A stretch of 64,000 nucleotides of DNA from an uncultured Gemmatimonadaceae bacterium (GTDB taxonomy: Bacteria; Gemmatimonadota; Gemmatimonadetes; Gemmatimonadales; Gemmatimonadaceae): positions 256,001 to 320,000 of the forward strand of contig CAWBOC010000010.1 of the NCBI GenBank assembly GCA_963790305.1, written 5' to 3'. Position numbers and translations under genes: made by a program. Shown here in pieces: positions 40,265 to 50,228 of the stretch (position 1 is the first letter of the stretch; each line of letters begins with the position of its first letter). The notes beneath the pieces were generated by a model. The model saw only the letters and a list, made by a program, of their open reading frames with translations. It ran no database searches and had not been told where the DNA came from.

Positions 40265-41461
40265 ATGATGGTTCTGCTATCGACCCACCGCAAGGCGATT
40301 GTCCACACCCTGTCTGTATGGCTTTTGATGGGTGCCCTCGCGTGCGCCTCACCGCCTGCAGCGCGTGTCGAATCCGCGGCCCCGGCCCCGAGCGGGACGA
40401 CGGGGGCTGCGACCGCGAACTACTGGGTCTACGTGGGCGCGGAATCGGCCGACCTCATCCACCTCGTGCGCTTCGGGCCGGATGGCGCGGTCGTCGAAAA
40501 GACATTCCCCGTGGGGGAATCGGCCTCCGAGCTCGAAGGGCCGCATGGCCTGCAGGTCTCGCGGGACGGGAAGTTTCTCCACCTGACGACGGGACATGGC
40601 TCGCCGGACGGCAAATACTGGCGCTACGTCACCGGCCCCGACACACTCGCCGGTCCCGGAATCTTCCTGGGGTTCTTCCCCGCTTCGATCGATCTCACGC
40701 CGGACGGACTGTACGCCTTCATCGTGAACTTCAATCTGCACGGCGAGATGGTCCCGTCATCGGTATCCGTCGTCTACACGCCGACGCACACTGAGGTCGC
40801 CCGCACGGAAACGTGTACGATGCCGCACGGCAGCCGCGTCGACCCCACTGGGCTGCACCAGTATTCGACCTGCATGATGGATGACCAGCTCGTGGAAGTG
40901 GACACGCGGACCTTCGCGGTGTCACGACGGTACGGCCTGGCCAAGGGGAAGGAAGGACCCATCGCGCACGATGCCGCCACCGCGCACGCGGGTCATGGCG
41001 CCATGACGCCGGCGAGCTGCTCGCCCACGTGGGCGCAACCGTCCGCCGATGGCGCGAAGGTGTACGTGGCCTGCAACAAGGCGGACGAGATCGTCGAGAT
41101 CGACGCCGGCCGGTGGGAGATCACGCGGAGATTTCCGACGGGACGCGGTCCGTACAACCTCGCCGTCACGCCCGACGGCCGACTGCTGATCGCGACACTC
41201 AAGCAGGGAGCGGGAGTGCAGATCTTCGATCTTGCCAGCGGGCAGAGCACCCTCAACACCAAGAGCTCGACCAATGTCACGCACGGGATCGCGGTCTCGC
41301 CGGACTCTCGTTATGCGTTCGTGAGCAACGAGGCCGTCGGCGCCGCGCCGGGCAAGGTGGACGTGTACGATCTGCGCTCGCTCACTCGCGTCGCCGACGT
41401 TCCGGTCGGCCAGCAGGCCGGCGGCATCGCCTTCTGGAAGATGGAGCCCGCCGCGCGCTGA
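40265..41461 (+). CDS. YncE/YVTN-like beta-propeller protein
   Basis: Repeated PHG...SPDG motifs; signal-like N-terminus; start approximate. Confidence 0.82.
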   Translation: MMVLLSTHRKAIVHTLSVWLLMGALACASPPAARVESAAPAPSGTTGAATANYWVYVGAESADLIHLVRFGPDGAVVEKTFPVGESASELEGPHGLQVSRDGKFLHLTTGHGSPDGKYWRYVTGPDTLAGPGIFLGFFPASIDLTPDGLYAFIVNFNLHGEMVPSSVSVVYTPTHTEVARTETCTMPHGSRVDPTGLHQYSTCMMDDQLVEVDTRTFAVSRRYGLAKGKEGPIAHDAATAHAGHGAMTPASCSPTWAQPSADGAKVYVACNKADEIVEIDAGRWEITRRFPTGRGPYNLAVTPDGRLLIATLKQGAGVQIFDLASGQSTLNTKSSTNVTHGIAVSPDSRYAFVSNEAVGAAPGKVDVYDLRSLTRVADVPVGQQAGGIAFWKMEPAAR

Positions 41462-42627
41462 TGAAGCGTTACCCGGCGTTCGATCCTCCCGAGTACGTCG
41501 CCTGGAAGCGCGACGATCGCGATGTCGAGGATTTCCGGCAGCGCGTGCGTGCCGACCCCGAGCGGGCGGCGATCATCGATCGCCTCACGAAGGACCAGCG
41601 GCTCGATCTCTACCGCGGTCTCGTGCGCACGCGTCTCACCGACATCGCGCTCAAGCGCTGGGTGCGCCAGGGCGTGATCTCGAAGGCCTGGCTGGGCACC
41701 GGTGAGGAGGCGACGACGGTGGGGCCGGTGGCGGCTCTACGGCGAATGCGGAATGCGGAAGGCGGATCAGAGGCATTGAACAGCATGCCGCAATCGCATT
41801 CCGCATTCCGCATTCCGCATTCGGACGTCGTTTCCCCGATGATAAGAAACTCGGGCGCTTGCTCGGAGATGGGCATGCCGGTCGCCGACATCTTTCGCGC
41901 GTACATGGGCACTGCCGACGGGCCAACCCGAGGACGAGACGGGCACTATGGGTCCTTCGCGCACGGCATCATCGCGCCCATCAGCCACGTTGGCGACATG
42001 GTGCCGATCGTCACCGGCATTGCACTCTCGTTCGTGGTCCGCGGCACCGGGCAGGTCGCGATGACGTGGATCGGGGACGGCAGCACCAAGGCAGGGGTGG
42101 CTCACGAAGGCCTCAACTTTGCCGCCGTTCGCCGCGCGCCGGCGATCTTCATCGTCCAGAACAATCAAGTCGCGCTCGGCACTCGCCTCGAGCAGCATCA
42201 CCTGCCGGCGACGACGTCGCGCTTCGCGGATTGGCCGCGCGCGTACGGGATGTGGGGTGGGGAGTTCGACGGCAATAACGTACTCGACGCGTACGCGATC
42301 GCGGCGCTCGCCGTCGAACGCTGCCGCCGTGGGGAGGGGCCGGCGCTCCTGGTCGCGGAGACGTTTCGCATGGGTGGCCACGCCACGCACGACGAGGCTG
42401 AGGCGCGCGAGACGTTCGACGCCGAGCTGTTCGCGAAGTGGGGACGTCGCGATCCCGTGGCGCTGTACGAGGAGTACCTCGTGGACGAGGGCGTCTCGCG
42501 CGCGACGCTCGGCGACATCGAAGCGGAGGTTGAAGCCGAAGTCGAGCGCGCTCAAGAGGAGGCCCTCGAGAGTCGGAAGGAGCGGATGCCGGTCGCGGAG
42601 AGTGCGGTGGAGGGAGTGTATGCCTGA
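41461..42627 (+). CDS. TPP-dependent 2-oxoacid dehydrogenase E1 alpha subunit with an in-frame repeat insertion
   Basis: GEEA, GDG...NN TPP motif, DGNN, RMGGHATHD. Confidence 0.9.
   Translation: MKRYPAFDPPEYVAWKRDDRDVEDFRQRVRADPERAAIIDRLTKDQRLDLYRGLVRTRLTDIALKRWVRQGVISKAWLGTGEEATTVGPVAALRRMRNAEGGSEALNSMPQSHSAFRIPHSDVVSPMIRNSGACSEMGMPVADIFRAYMGTADGPTRGRDGHYGSFAHGIIAPISHVGDMVPIVTGIALSFVVRGTGQVAMTWIGDGSTKAGVAHEGLNFAAVRRAPAIFIVQNNQVALGTRLEQHHLPATTSRFADWPRAYGMWGGEFDGNNVLDAYAIAALAVERCRRGEGPALLVAETFRMGGHATHDEAEARETFDAELFAKWGRRDPVALYEEYLVDEGVSRATLGDIEAEVEAEVERAQEEALESRKERMPVAESAVEGVYA
41743..41823. repeat. GCGGAAT inverted element inside the E1 alpha CDS (81 bp = 27 codons)
   Basis: CGAATGCGGAATGCGGAA ... 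TTCCGCATTCCGCATTCG. Confidence 0.9.
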
Positions 42628-43879
42628 CTGCAGGGCGCTAGGGGCGCTAGGGGCGCTAAGGGCGCTGGCGCTCATGGGGGCTCTCGTCGCGTGCGGCGAT
42701 CGCGACGCGGCTCGCACCGACGGCGATACCACCGCGGCCGATACGGTCGGCACGACGTCCAATGTCGCGAGCGGCGCCGTCGTCGCGCTGCAGCTCGCTT
42801 CATATCCCGACACCGCGACTGCGGTCGCGAAACGTGACTCGCTCGATCGGGCAGGGTGGGACGCGTACGTCCGGGTCGCGGACGTCAACGGACGCACGTG
42901 GTACCGCGTGCTCGCGCTGCCATCGTCGGATGCCGCGCTGGCCGAGGCCGCGGCGCATTCGATTCGAGCGGCGCGCGGCAGAGATGCGGTGGTGGTCGTC
43001 CGCGACAGCGGCGCCCCCGTCGAGCCACGCGTGGCGACGCTCGTTCGCGTGAACACCCAGACGCAGGGCATGTTCGCGGTCGCGCGATGGGCGCTGTCTC
43101 AGGATCGCAACGCGATCATCGTGATGGACGACCCGGCGGCCGTCGAGGCCGAGCCCGTACCTAACGGGTTCTTCGTCGGCTCGGAGCGGCCCCTTCGCTA
43201 CGTGCGTCGTGACAGCGTCTGGGATGCCGCGCCGTCACCCGATTGGCGGCGCGTCGCGTTTGGCCGCGCGCACTTTCTCCGAGGCAATCGCGAGGATACC
43301 CTGCCGACCGCCCAGTGGGAGGCGTTTGCCAACCGGATCGGCATGCCGATCGAGGACGTTGTGGCCGGCCGCTTTCACGCCAGCGGGATGGGCGTCGCCT
43401 TTGGCTTTGCCCGGCCCGGTATCGTGGAGCTGGAGACCGGGGCCGACCGGATTTTTCCTGTCGGGTCGGGCTGGCGGGTTCGCTGGACCCGCGATGGCTC
43501 GCGGCTGATCGCCGGCCGCGCCCCAAACTCGGCGCAGGACTTCGCCCAGGCTACGGAGTGGGTGGCGCTCGACCCGCGAACGGGCGCGCCGAGCGGGGAG
43601 GTCCCCCGGGCTCATGAGCTCGCCGACGTGGCCTGGGTGGAAGGGCCGACCATAGATATCTCAGTGCAGCTCGATACGAGCCGCAAGGCCATTCCCATCG
43701 AGGATGGCGGCGTCGAGAGCCGGGGTGGCTGGATCAAGGCGCGTGGGCGCCTGATTGGTCCCGGAATGGTGCTCGCGGCCACGCGAAGCGGCCGATTCAT
43801 CGCGGCGCTCGTCCCCAACCCTGCCGCCAAAGAGTACGAGGCCAAGGAATACCTCGCCGTCTACGTGACGGCGCGCTGA
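42620..43879 (+). CDS. SPOR-domain lipoprotein with C-terminal propeller-like region
   Basis: LVAC lipobox; LQLASY...L...GWDAYV...WYRV; SPDW / WTRDG motifs. Confidence 0.72.
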   Translation: MPDCRALGALGALRALALMGALVACGDRDAARTDGDTTAADTVGTTSNVASGAVVALQLASYPDTATAVAKRDSLDRAGWDAYVRVADVNGRTWYRVLALPSSDAALAEAAAHSIRAARGRDAVVVVRDSGAPVEPRVATLVRVNTQTQGMFAVARWALSQDRNAIIVMDDPAAVEAEPVPNGFFVGSERPLRYVRRDSVWDAAPSPDWRRVAFGRAHFLRGNREDTLPTAQWEAFANRIGMPIEDVVAGRFHASGMGVAFGFARPGIVELETGADRIFPVGSGWRVRWTRDGSRLIAGRAPNSAQDFAQATEWVALDPRTGAPSGEVPRAHELADVAWVEGPTIDISVQLDTSRKAIPIEDGGVESRGGWIKARGRLIGPGMVLAATRSGRFIAALVPNPAAKEYEAKEYLAVYVTAR

Positions 43880-43898
43880 GCGGAGGCGTCTTGCTAAC

Positions 43899-44841
43899 GT
43901 GCGCCGTAGACTCCTCTTAGCCATTCCGCTTCTCGCCGCCGCACCCCTCCAGGCCCAGGGTGTGCTCTCGCGCGCGGATAATTTGCTGCGGGTCGGACGC
44001 ATGTTCGCGGCGGAGACGCTGTACTACTACGCCGTGCGACGCGCACCGCGTGATCCGGAGGCACGCCTTGCCCTCGGTCGCTATCTCGCGGCGCGCGGCG
44101 CCCTTCGCATCGGTGCCGTCCTGATGGAAGAGGCGCGCTACTTCGGCGCCGATCCGAAGAAGGTCGCCGTCTATCTCGCCCCTGTGTACACGCAGCTCGG
44201 TGACTTTCGAGCGCTCGCGGGGCTGCCTAACACTCCGCTTCACAACGCCGAGCGCTCGCGGGCGGAGTGGCTGCGCGCGCATCCGCCCGCTCTGGATGGA
44301 CCCGATTCCGTTTCGATTCACTGGACGCCGTCCGATACCGGCGTGCTCGGAACGGTCGTGCTGCGCATCGGTCAGGCGACCGTGCGCGCGACGCTCGATC
44401 CGCGCGCACATGGCCTCGTGCTCGACACGGCGTGGATGCGGAGCAACGAGACCAAGGTCTTCGCATCCAAGTTCGACAACGACGTGCGCAACGCCGCGGG
44501 GGTGACGCTGGCTGTCTCGCTCGGCGACCTCACCGTGCGCCACGTGCTCACGAGCTTCGCGCCACAGCTCGTCCCCGACCGACGCCGTCATCGGATTGGA
44601 CGTCCTCATGCCACTTGCCCCAACGGTCGATGCCGCCGCTCGGCGCATCGTCCTCCGCAAGGGCGGCCGAGTCGAGCGCGACCTGGCGGGCGAGCGCGTG
44701 CAAACGCTGCTCTTCGGATCGGGGCTCTGGCTGGTGTGGGAACAGTCGATGATCCCGCTCGGCGGCGAGGAGGCGCGACGTCTACTGGCGGGCGGTGCGT
44801 GGACGCTGGATTGGCGAAGAGGGCAGCTGGTGGCGCACTAA
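43899..44841 (+). pseudogene. TPR + degenerate retropepsin-like protein, frameshift in a C run at 44573-44576
   Basis: Removing one C joins the ORF to DAVIGLDVL...; TPR-like P..ARLALG. Confidence 0.6.
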
Positions 44842-44907
44842 GAGGTGCTCGAGGTGCTCGAGGGAAACTGCAGTCCCCTGGAGCACCTCGAGCACGTTGA
44901 GCACCTC
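44842..44907. repeat. Inverted GAGGTGCTC nonamer array between convergent genes
   Basis: Direct reading. Confidence 0.85.
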
Positions 44908-44909
44908 GA

Positions 44910-45374
44910 CTACCTTCCGGCTCTTCGCACCTCGACCATCAGACAGCGGTCCTGCACCACGTCAATCCCCGCGCGTGCGAGACGCTCGGCCACTTCGTCA
45001 TTACGAATTCCCGACTGCATCCACACCGCCTTGGGTTTTTTCGCGAGGATGTCGTCGAGGTGCGGGGGGACGTCCTGCGACCGGCGGAACACGTTCACCA
45101 GGTCGACGTCACCGGGAATGTCCGCGACACGCCGATACACCCGCTCGCCCAGGATCGTGGTGGCCTCCGGATAGTACACGGGTACGGGGATGATCTCGTA
45201 CCCCGCGCTCTGCACGGACTCGGGCACGTAGTACGCCGGCTGGAAGGACTGCGCCTCGGTCTTGATCCCGATGACCGCGATGCGCTTGATGCGATGCAGG
45301 AGATCGCGAATCTGCTCGCTGGACTCGAGCAGGTGACTGCGCCAGTTGGCCGCGTCCGCGGGCGTCGAGGTCAT
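44910..45374 (-). CDS. CoA-binding protein (YccU-like)
   Basis: IAVIG, GYEIIPV, VDLVNVFRRS, VWMQSGI, DRC. Confidence 0.92.
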   Translation of the reverse strand: MTSTPADAANWRSHLLESSEQIRDLLHRIKRIAVIGIKTEAQSFQPAYYVPESVQSAGYEIIPVPVYYPEATTILGERVYRRVADIPGDVDLVNVFRRSQDVPPHLDDILAKKPKAVWMQSGIRNDEVAERLARAGIDVVQDRCLMVEVRRAGR

Positions 45375-45381
45375 GCTCCAG

Positions 45382-46896
45382 CTATCCGCGAGGTTCGTGC
45401 TCACGAGAGCCAGCTCGGGTGGCCGGCTCAATGGCCGGGAGCAGAATCCGGAAGGTCGTCCCTCGGTGCGGCACGCTTTCCACGTCGATCTGGCCGCCGG
45501 CCTGTCGAATGATCCCGAACACAGTCGCCAGACCCAGTCCTGTACCTTGACCCGGTGGCTTGGTGGTGAAAAAAGGCTCGAACACGTGCGCCAACGTATC
45601 GGGGGTCATCCCGGAGCCAGTATCGCCGACCGCGATCACCGCGAACCGGCCCGATTGCACGTCCGCCAGTGCCGCGGCGTGCTGATCCAGCTGGCTCGTC
45701 TCGACATGAATGGTGATGACCCCCGTACCAGCGATCGCGTCGTTGGCGTTCACAATCAGATTGATCATCACGCGCTCGAGCTGTTCCGCGTCGACGATCA
45801 CCTCGATGGCTTCGGGGCCCGGGTCGAGGACGAGTGTAACCCCTGGTCGCAGCAGTCGCTCCAGCATGGGGCGAAGCTCGATGAGAAACGAAGCGACTCG
45901 GAGGCGACGAGGGGCTTGAGGCGATCGCCGGGAGAAGAGGAGGAGCTGTCTCGCGAGTGACGCCGCGCGATCGGTGGCGCGCTTGATCTGCTGGAGGTCA
46001 GCCATTGGCGGCTCGTCAGGTCCTAGCTGGTACATGAGAAGGTCCGCGTACGAGCGCACGATGGTCAGGAGGTTGTTGAAGTCGTGGGCGACGCCGCTCG
46101 CGAACCGCGCGACCGCCTCCATCTTTTCCAGGCGCGCGATGCGTTGAGCCAGACGCTGACGATCCGTCACGTCGCGAAAGCTCCACACGCGTCCCACGGT
46201 GCGACCGCCAATGCGCTGCGGCTGCGAATACCGCTCGAAGGTCCGGCCGTCCTTGAACTCCAGCACGTCGAAGCTCTTCGCATCACGCTGCGCATAGAGC
46301 TCCTGCACCTTGGACAGAAACTGCGCTGGATCGCGGAGCTGGTCGAGCACGTAGGCGATCGCGGCCCGATCGTCGCCGCTCTCGAGCACCGTGGCCGGAA
46401 TGCGCCACAACTCGGTGAATCTGCGATTGTGGCTGACAATGCGTCCTTCCGTGTCCACGACGAGCAAGCCATCCGCCGTGGATTCGAGCGTCGCCTGCTG
46501 AAGCGATATGGTTTGCTCGAGCTCCTTGCGCGCACGTTTCTGTTCCGTGACGTCGCGCACGAACGTCAGCAGTGCAGGCATCCCCTCGAAAACCACGGCC
46601 ACCGTCGACACTTGTCCGTCGATCTTGATGCCGTCGAGGCGCACGAGCTCGACATCCATGAGTGGCTGGGCAACCCCCTGCTCGCTCGCCTCGCGCAGGC
46701 GCGAGCGGACGCGCTCATGAAAGTCCGCTGTGGCGAACTGGAGCACCGGTTGTCCAACGAGCTCGGCAAGTGCACGCGCGCCGATCAAGCGGAGGCCGGC
46801 CGCATTGCTGAAAACGAACCGGCCGTCGCGGTGAACGAAGATCGCGTCAGGCGCGAGCTCCACCAGGGTGCGGTATCGCTCTTCGTGCTCGTCCAT
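45382..46896 (-). CDS. PAS-PAS sensor histidine kinase
   Basis: Two PAS domains; AHDFNNLL, NANDA, DTGSGM, FFTTK..G.GTGLGL. Confidence 0.92.
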   Translation of the reverse strand: MDEHEERYRTLVELAPDAIFVHRDGRFVFSNAAGLRLIGARALAELVGQPVLQFATADFHERVRSRLREASEQGVAQPLMDVELVRLDGIKIDGQVSTVAVVFEGMPALLTFVRDVTEQKRARKELEQTISLQQATLESTADGLLVVDTEGRIVSHNRRFTELWRIPATVLESGDDRAAIAYVLDQLRDPAQFLSKVQELYAQRDAKSFDVLEFKDGRTFERYSQPQRIGGRTVGRVWSFRDVTDRQRLAQRIARLEKMEAVARFASGVAHDFNNLLTIVRSYADLLMYQLGPDEPPMADLQQIKRATDRAASLARQLLLFSRRSPQAPRRLRVASFLIELRPMLERLLRPGVTLVLDPGPEAIEVIVDAEQLERVMINLIVNANDAIAGTGVITIHVETSQLDQHAAALADVQSGRFAVIAVGDTGSGMTPDTLAHVFEPFFTTKPPGQGTGLGLATVFGIIRQAGGQIDVESVPHRGTTFRILLPAIEPATRAGSREHEPRG

Positions 46897-47070
46897 GGCG
46901 CGCGTGAGGAGTACCCTTCGGCCATTATGCGCGCCCTGGGTGTACGCGCAAGGCCCAGCTGTCAAATGAGTGATCGTGCGTGAAAGATCGTGCATGCTGA
47001 CGTCACGCACGATGGCGGGTTAGCTTTCGAACTCTCGTTCCATTTTGTATCGCTTTGGAGATTTTGGCAC

Positions 47071-48216
47071 ATGCACATGCTCGTTCTCGGCGCGGGGCTT
47101 CAAGGCTCCGCGTGCGCTTATGATCTGCTTCAAAATCCCGAGGTCACGGAGGTCCGGCTCGCCGACATCCGCATCGAGCATCTCGCCGATTTCCTGGCTC
47201 CGTACTCGGGAAGCCGGCTGATTCCCACCCATCTGGATGTGCGCGATCACGAAGCCGTCCGCGCGCTCATGCGAGAGAGCGACGCCGCCATGAGCGCCAT
47301 CCCCTACTACTTCAATCTCGATCTCGCCCGCCTGGCTGCTGAAACGGGCACGCACTTCTGCGATCTCGGCGGCAATACGGAGATCGTCTTTCAGCAGAAG
47401 CGACTCGAGGCGAGGGCGCGGGAAAGCGGGTGCACGATCGTCCCCGATTGCGGTGTGGCGCCGGGGATGGTGAACGTCCTCGCGCAGTATGGCATCGAGA
47501 AGCTCGACAAGGTGAAGTCGGTGAAGATCTACGTCGGGGGCCTCCCACAGCATCCCGAGCCCCCGCTCAACTATCAGATCGTGTATTCCCTCGAGGGCGT
47601 GCTCGACTACTACACGACGCTGTCATGGGTGGTACGCGACGGAAAACGCACCCAGGTGAAGGCACTGTCCGAGCGCGAGAAGGTGTCGTTTGCGCAGCCA
47701 GTCGGTGAGCTGGAGGCGTTTCACACCGCGGGCGGCCTCTCGACGATGGCGTTCCGGTACGAGGGAAAGATTCCCACGATGGAGTACAAGACGCTGCGCT
47801 ATCCGGGTCACGCGCACATCATGGAGGCGATTCGCGATCTCGGTCTGCTCGACCTGGCGCCGGTCGACGTGAAGGGAGTGAAGGTCGTGCCGCGCGACCT
47901 GTTCGTGAACGTGGTCGGTCCGCGTCTCACCAAGCCGACCGGTCGCGACCTGGTCGCCCTCCGCGTGATCGTGGAAGGGACGAAGGACGGCAAGGCCAAG
48001 CGCGTCGGGTGGGAGCTGCTCGATTTCTACGATGAGGCCCGCGGCATCAGCGCGATGATGCGCACGACGGGATTCTCACTCTCGATTACCGGCCAGATGC
48101 AGGTGCGCGGCGAGATCACGCCGCCCGGTGTGTGGACGCCTGACGAGTGCGTGCCCGCCGCCCGGTATGTTGCGGAGCTGGAGCGGCGAGGAGTGCATGT
48201 GCGTGAGGTGAGTTAG
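47071..48216 (+). CDS. Saccharopine dehydrogenase / lysine 6-dehydrogenase family
   Basis: VLGAGLQG, DLGG, CGVAPG, YVGGLP, YKTLRYPGH. Confidence 0.88.
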   Translation: MHMLVLGAGLQGSACAYDLLQNPEVTEVRLADIRIEHLADFLAPYSGSRLIPTHLDVRDHEAVRALMRESDAAMSAIPYYFNLDLARLAAETGTHFCDLGGNTEIVFQQKRLEARARESGCTIVPDCGVAPGMVNVLAQYGIEKLDKVKSVKIYVGGLPQHPEPPLNYQIVYSLEGVLDYYTTLSWVVRDGKRTQVKALSEREKVSFAQPVGELEAFHTAGGLSTMAFRYEGKIPTMEYKTLRYPGHAHIMEAIRDLGLLDLAPVDVKGVKVVPRDLFVNVVGPRLTKPTGRDLVALRVIVEGTKDGKAKRVGWELLDFYDEARGISAMMRTTGFSLSITGQMQVRGEITPPGVWTPDECVPAARYVAELERRGVHVREVS

Positions 48217-48357
48217 GGGTCAGGGGTCAGGAGTCAGGGGTCAGGGGTGGAAAGGCGGCGCGGCTTCGCCGCTGCCGCCTCATTCTGATGAGCAAACGGC
48301 AGCGCTGTTGCGCTGCCGTTTGCCTTTCCACCCCTGACCCCTGACTCCTGACCCCTA
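48214..48357. repeat. Inverted GG(G/A)GTCA arrays with a three-hairpin core; ends coincide with both flanking stop codons
   Basis: Begins TAG, ends CTA; homologous to 24774-24927. Confidence 0.9.
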
Positions 48358-49986
48358 GTCTCTTACCCACGACGCGAGCGTCGCGCCCATGGCGTCGATC
48401 GTCTCCTTCGCCTTGTTCAGATCGCCGCCGTTGTAGATGAAGGCGAATCCGAGCACCTCGCCGCTCTCCGCGGTCACGTAGCCGCCGAGCGAGATCACGG
48501 TATTGGTGGTCCCGGTCTTCGCGTGCAGGTTGCCCTGCGCGGGCGTGAGACGCATCCGGTGTCGCAGCAGCTCCGACTCACCTGCTACCGGCAGCGAGGT
48601 GTGGAAGACGTCCGACCATGGGGCGCGGTGCGAGTAGTCGAGCAGCTGAATCAGCGCACGCGGAGTGACGCGATCGAGGACTGACAGGCCGCTGCCGTCC
48701 GCCGCGTATACCGATCCGGGCGCGGCGCCCACCTTCTGCGTCATGAAGCGCTGAAGGAGACTATTGCCGCTTTCCACCGTCCCCGGGCCTCCGTTCGACG
48801 AGCGCGCTGCATTGCGGAAGATCAGCTCGGCGTAATGGTTCACGCTCTCGCGATTCATCACCGAGAGGAGCCGCGCGAGCGGCGGCGATGGGAGCGAGGC
48901 GACCACGGCGGCCGTGTCCGACGTTTCCCCGAGACGCGTCTGGCCGGCGATCGTAATGCCCTGCGTTTCGAGCGCGCGACGGAAGGCGCCAGCCGTGAAC
49001 CTCGCGGGATCCTCCACGACGATCTGGTACCGGCGCGTTCCCGCGCGGGCACCGATCCAGCCGCGCACCTCGATGGTCCCGTCGTCCAGCGTGCGAACGA
49101 TCACGCGCGCGGCGCGGCTGCCCGCGACGGTGCGCACCTTGTTGGCGAGCGGGAGCTCGGTCGCAGGATCGAGAACGACTTGCGCCGGCTGCTTGGAGCT
49201 CGCGCCAGGCTGCACGACGATCCAGAGCAGGTTCTCGTTGAGCGAGAGCGCCGAGACGCGGGCGGCGTACCCCGCATGCAGGTAGCGGCGCTGCCATCCA
49301 TCTGGGATGCGACGCTGATCGAAGGCGCTTGCGTCGGCGATGAGATCGCCCGACACCCGCTTGATGCCCTTCGACGCCACCAGTTGCGCGAGGAGCTCGA
49401 CTGGCGCCGCCGGACCACCCTGAAGGAATCGGCTGGAGAGCGCGGGATCTCCGTCCCCCCGCATGACGAGATTGCCCTCGAGCGTCCCGTCCGGGGTCAC
49501 GACGCCATCGCGAAGCACGTCCGTGCTGAACTGGTGGTCGGGCCCGAACTGCTCGAGCGCCAGCGCCGCCGTGAACAGCTTCATGTTGGACGCCGGCGAC
49601 AGCAGCAGGTCGGGGTTCACCGAGTACAGCGTGTCTCCGCGCGTGAGCGACACGACCATCACGCCCCAGCGGCCGTTGCGAACGCGGGCCCCCAGCATGG
49701 TCCCGAGGTCCGAGGAGAGGGCAAGCGCGCCCTTGGGCGTCGTGTGGCGAAGTGGCGGAGTCGCGGGCCGCCGCACACGTCGGACACGCCGGCGCGACCG
49801 CTGACGCCCTCGCTGCTGCGGCGGGTCGACGGACCGCACGGCCGGCGGGGACGCCGGCGCAGCGGGAGCCGCGACGCCGTCGCCTTCCTGAGCAGGAAGC
49901 GCGATCGCCGTGCTCTCGAGCGCAATAACGAGCAGCACCCAGCGGGAAGCCAGGATGCGATGACGTGCAGATCGAAGCAGGCTCAT
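48355..49986 (-). CDS. dacB: D-alanyl-D-alanine carboxypeptidase/endopeptidase (PBP4, S13)
   Basis: PASNMK (SxxK), SVN, DGSGLS, KTG; start uncertain (49986-50055). Confidence 0.92.
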   Translation of the reverse strand: MSLLRSARHRILASRWVLLVIALESTAIALPAQEGDGVAAPAAPASPPAVRSVDPPQQRGRQRSRRRVRRVRRPATPPLRHTTPKGALALSSDLGTMLGARVRNGRWGVMVVSLTRGDTLYSVNPDLLLSPASNMKLFTAALALEQFGPDHQFSTDVLRDGVVTPDGTLEGNLVMRGDGDPALSSRFLQGGPAAPVELLAQLVASKGIKRVSGDLIADASAFDQRRIPDGWQRRYLHAGYAARVSALSLNENLLWIVVQPGASSKQPAQVVLDPATELPLANKVRTVAGSRAARVIVRTLDDGTIEVRGWIGARAGTRRYQIVVEDPARFTAGAFRRALETQGITIAGQTRLGETSDTAAVVASLPSPPLARLLSVMNRESVNHYAELIFRNAARSSNGGPGTVESGNSLLQRFMTQKVGAAPGSVYAADGSGLSVLDRVTPRALIQLLDYSHRAPWSDVFHTSLPVAGESELLRHRMRLTPAQGNLHAKTGTTNTVISLGGYVTAESGEVLGFAFIYNGGDLNKAKETIDAMGATLASWVRD

Positions 49987-50130
49987 GAGGCTACCAAAGG
50001 CAACTCGCATTCCACGCCGGCCGTTAAGAGCCAACGCTTTGCGAATCAATGACATGAGGGAGGTGGCGGGGCGGCGCGGTGCCCCTTGAGATGTAACGAG
50101 TGAGGCGGGTTCACGTCACCCAAAAGCGAC

Positions 50131-50222
50131 GGATGCGGAAAACGGAATGCGGACCTTTTTGTTCGGAGTCTCTTCGTACGAACGCTTTTACCACAATTCC
50201 GAATTCCGCGTTCCGTATTCGC
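50131..50222. repeat. Degenerate inverted GCGGAAT heptamer element
   Basis: Direct reading. Confidence 0.7.
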
Positions 50223-50228
50223 GGGCGC

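Noticed and set aside
44573..44576. Programmed frameshift in the TPR/protease-like gene
   Set aside because: A single extra C in a homopolymer with no slippery heptamer or stimulator seen; sequencing error more likely
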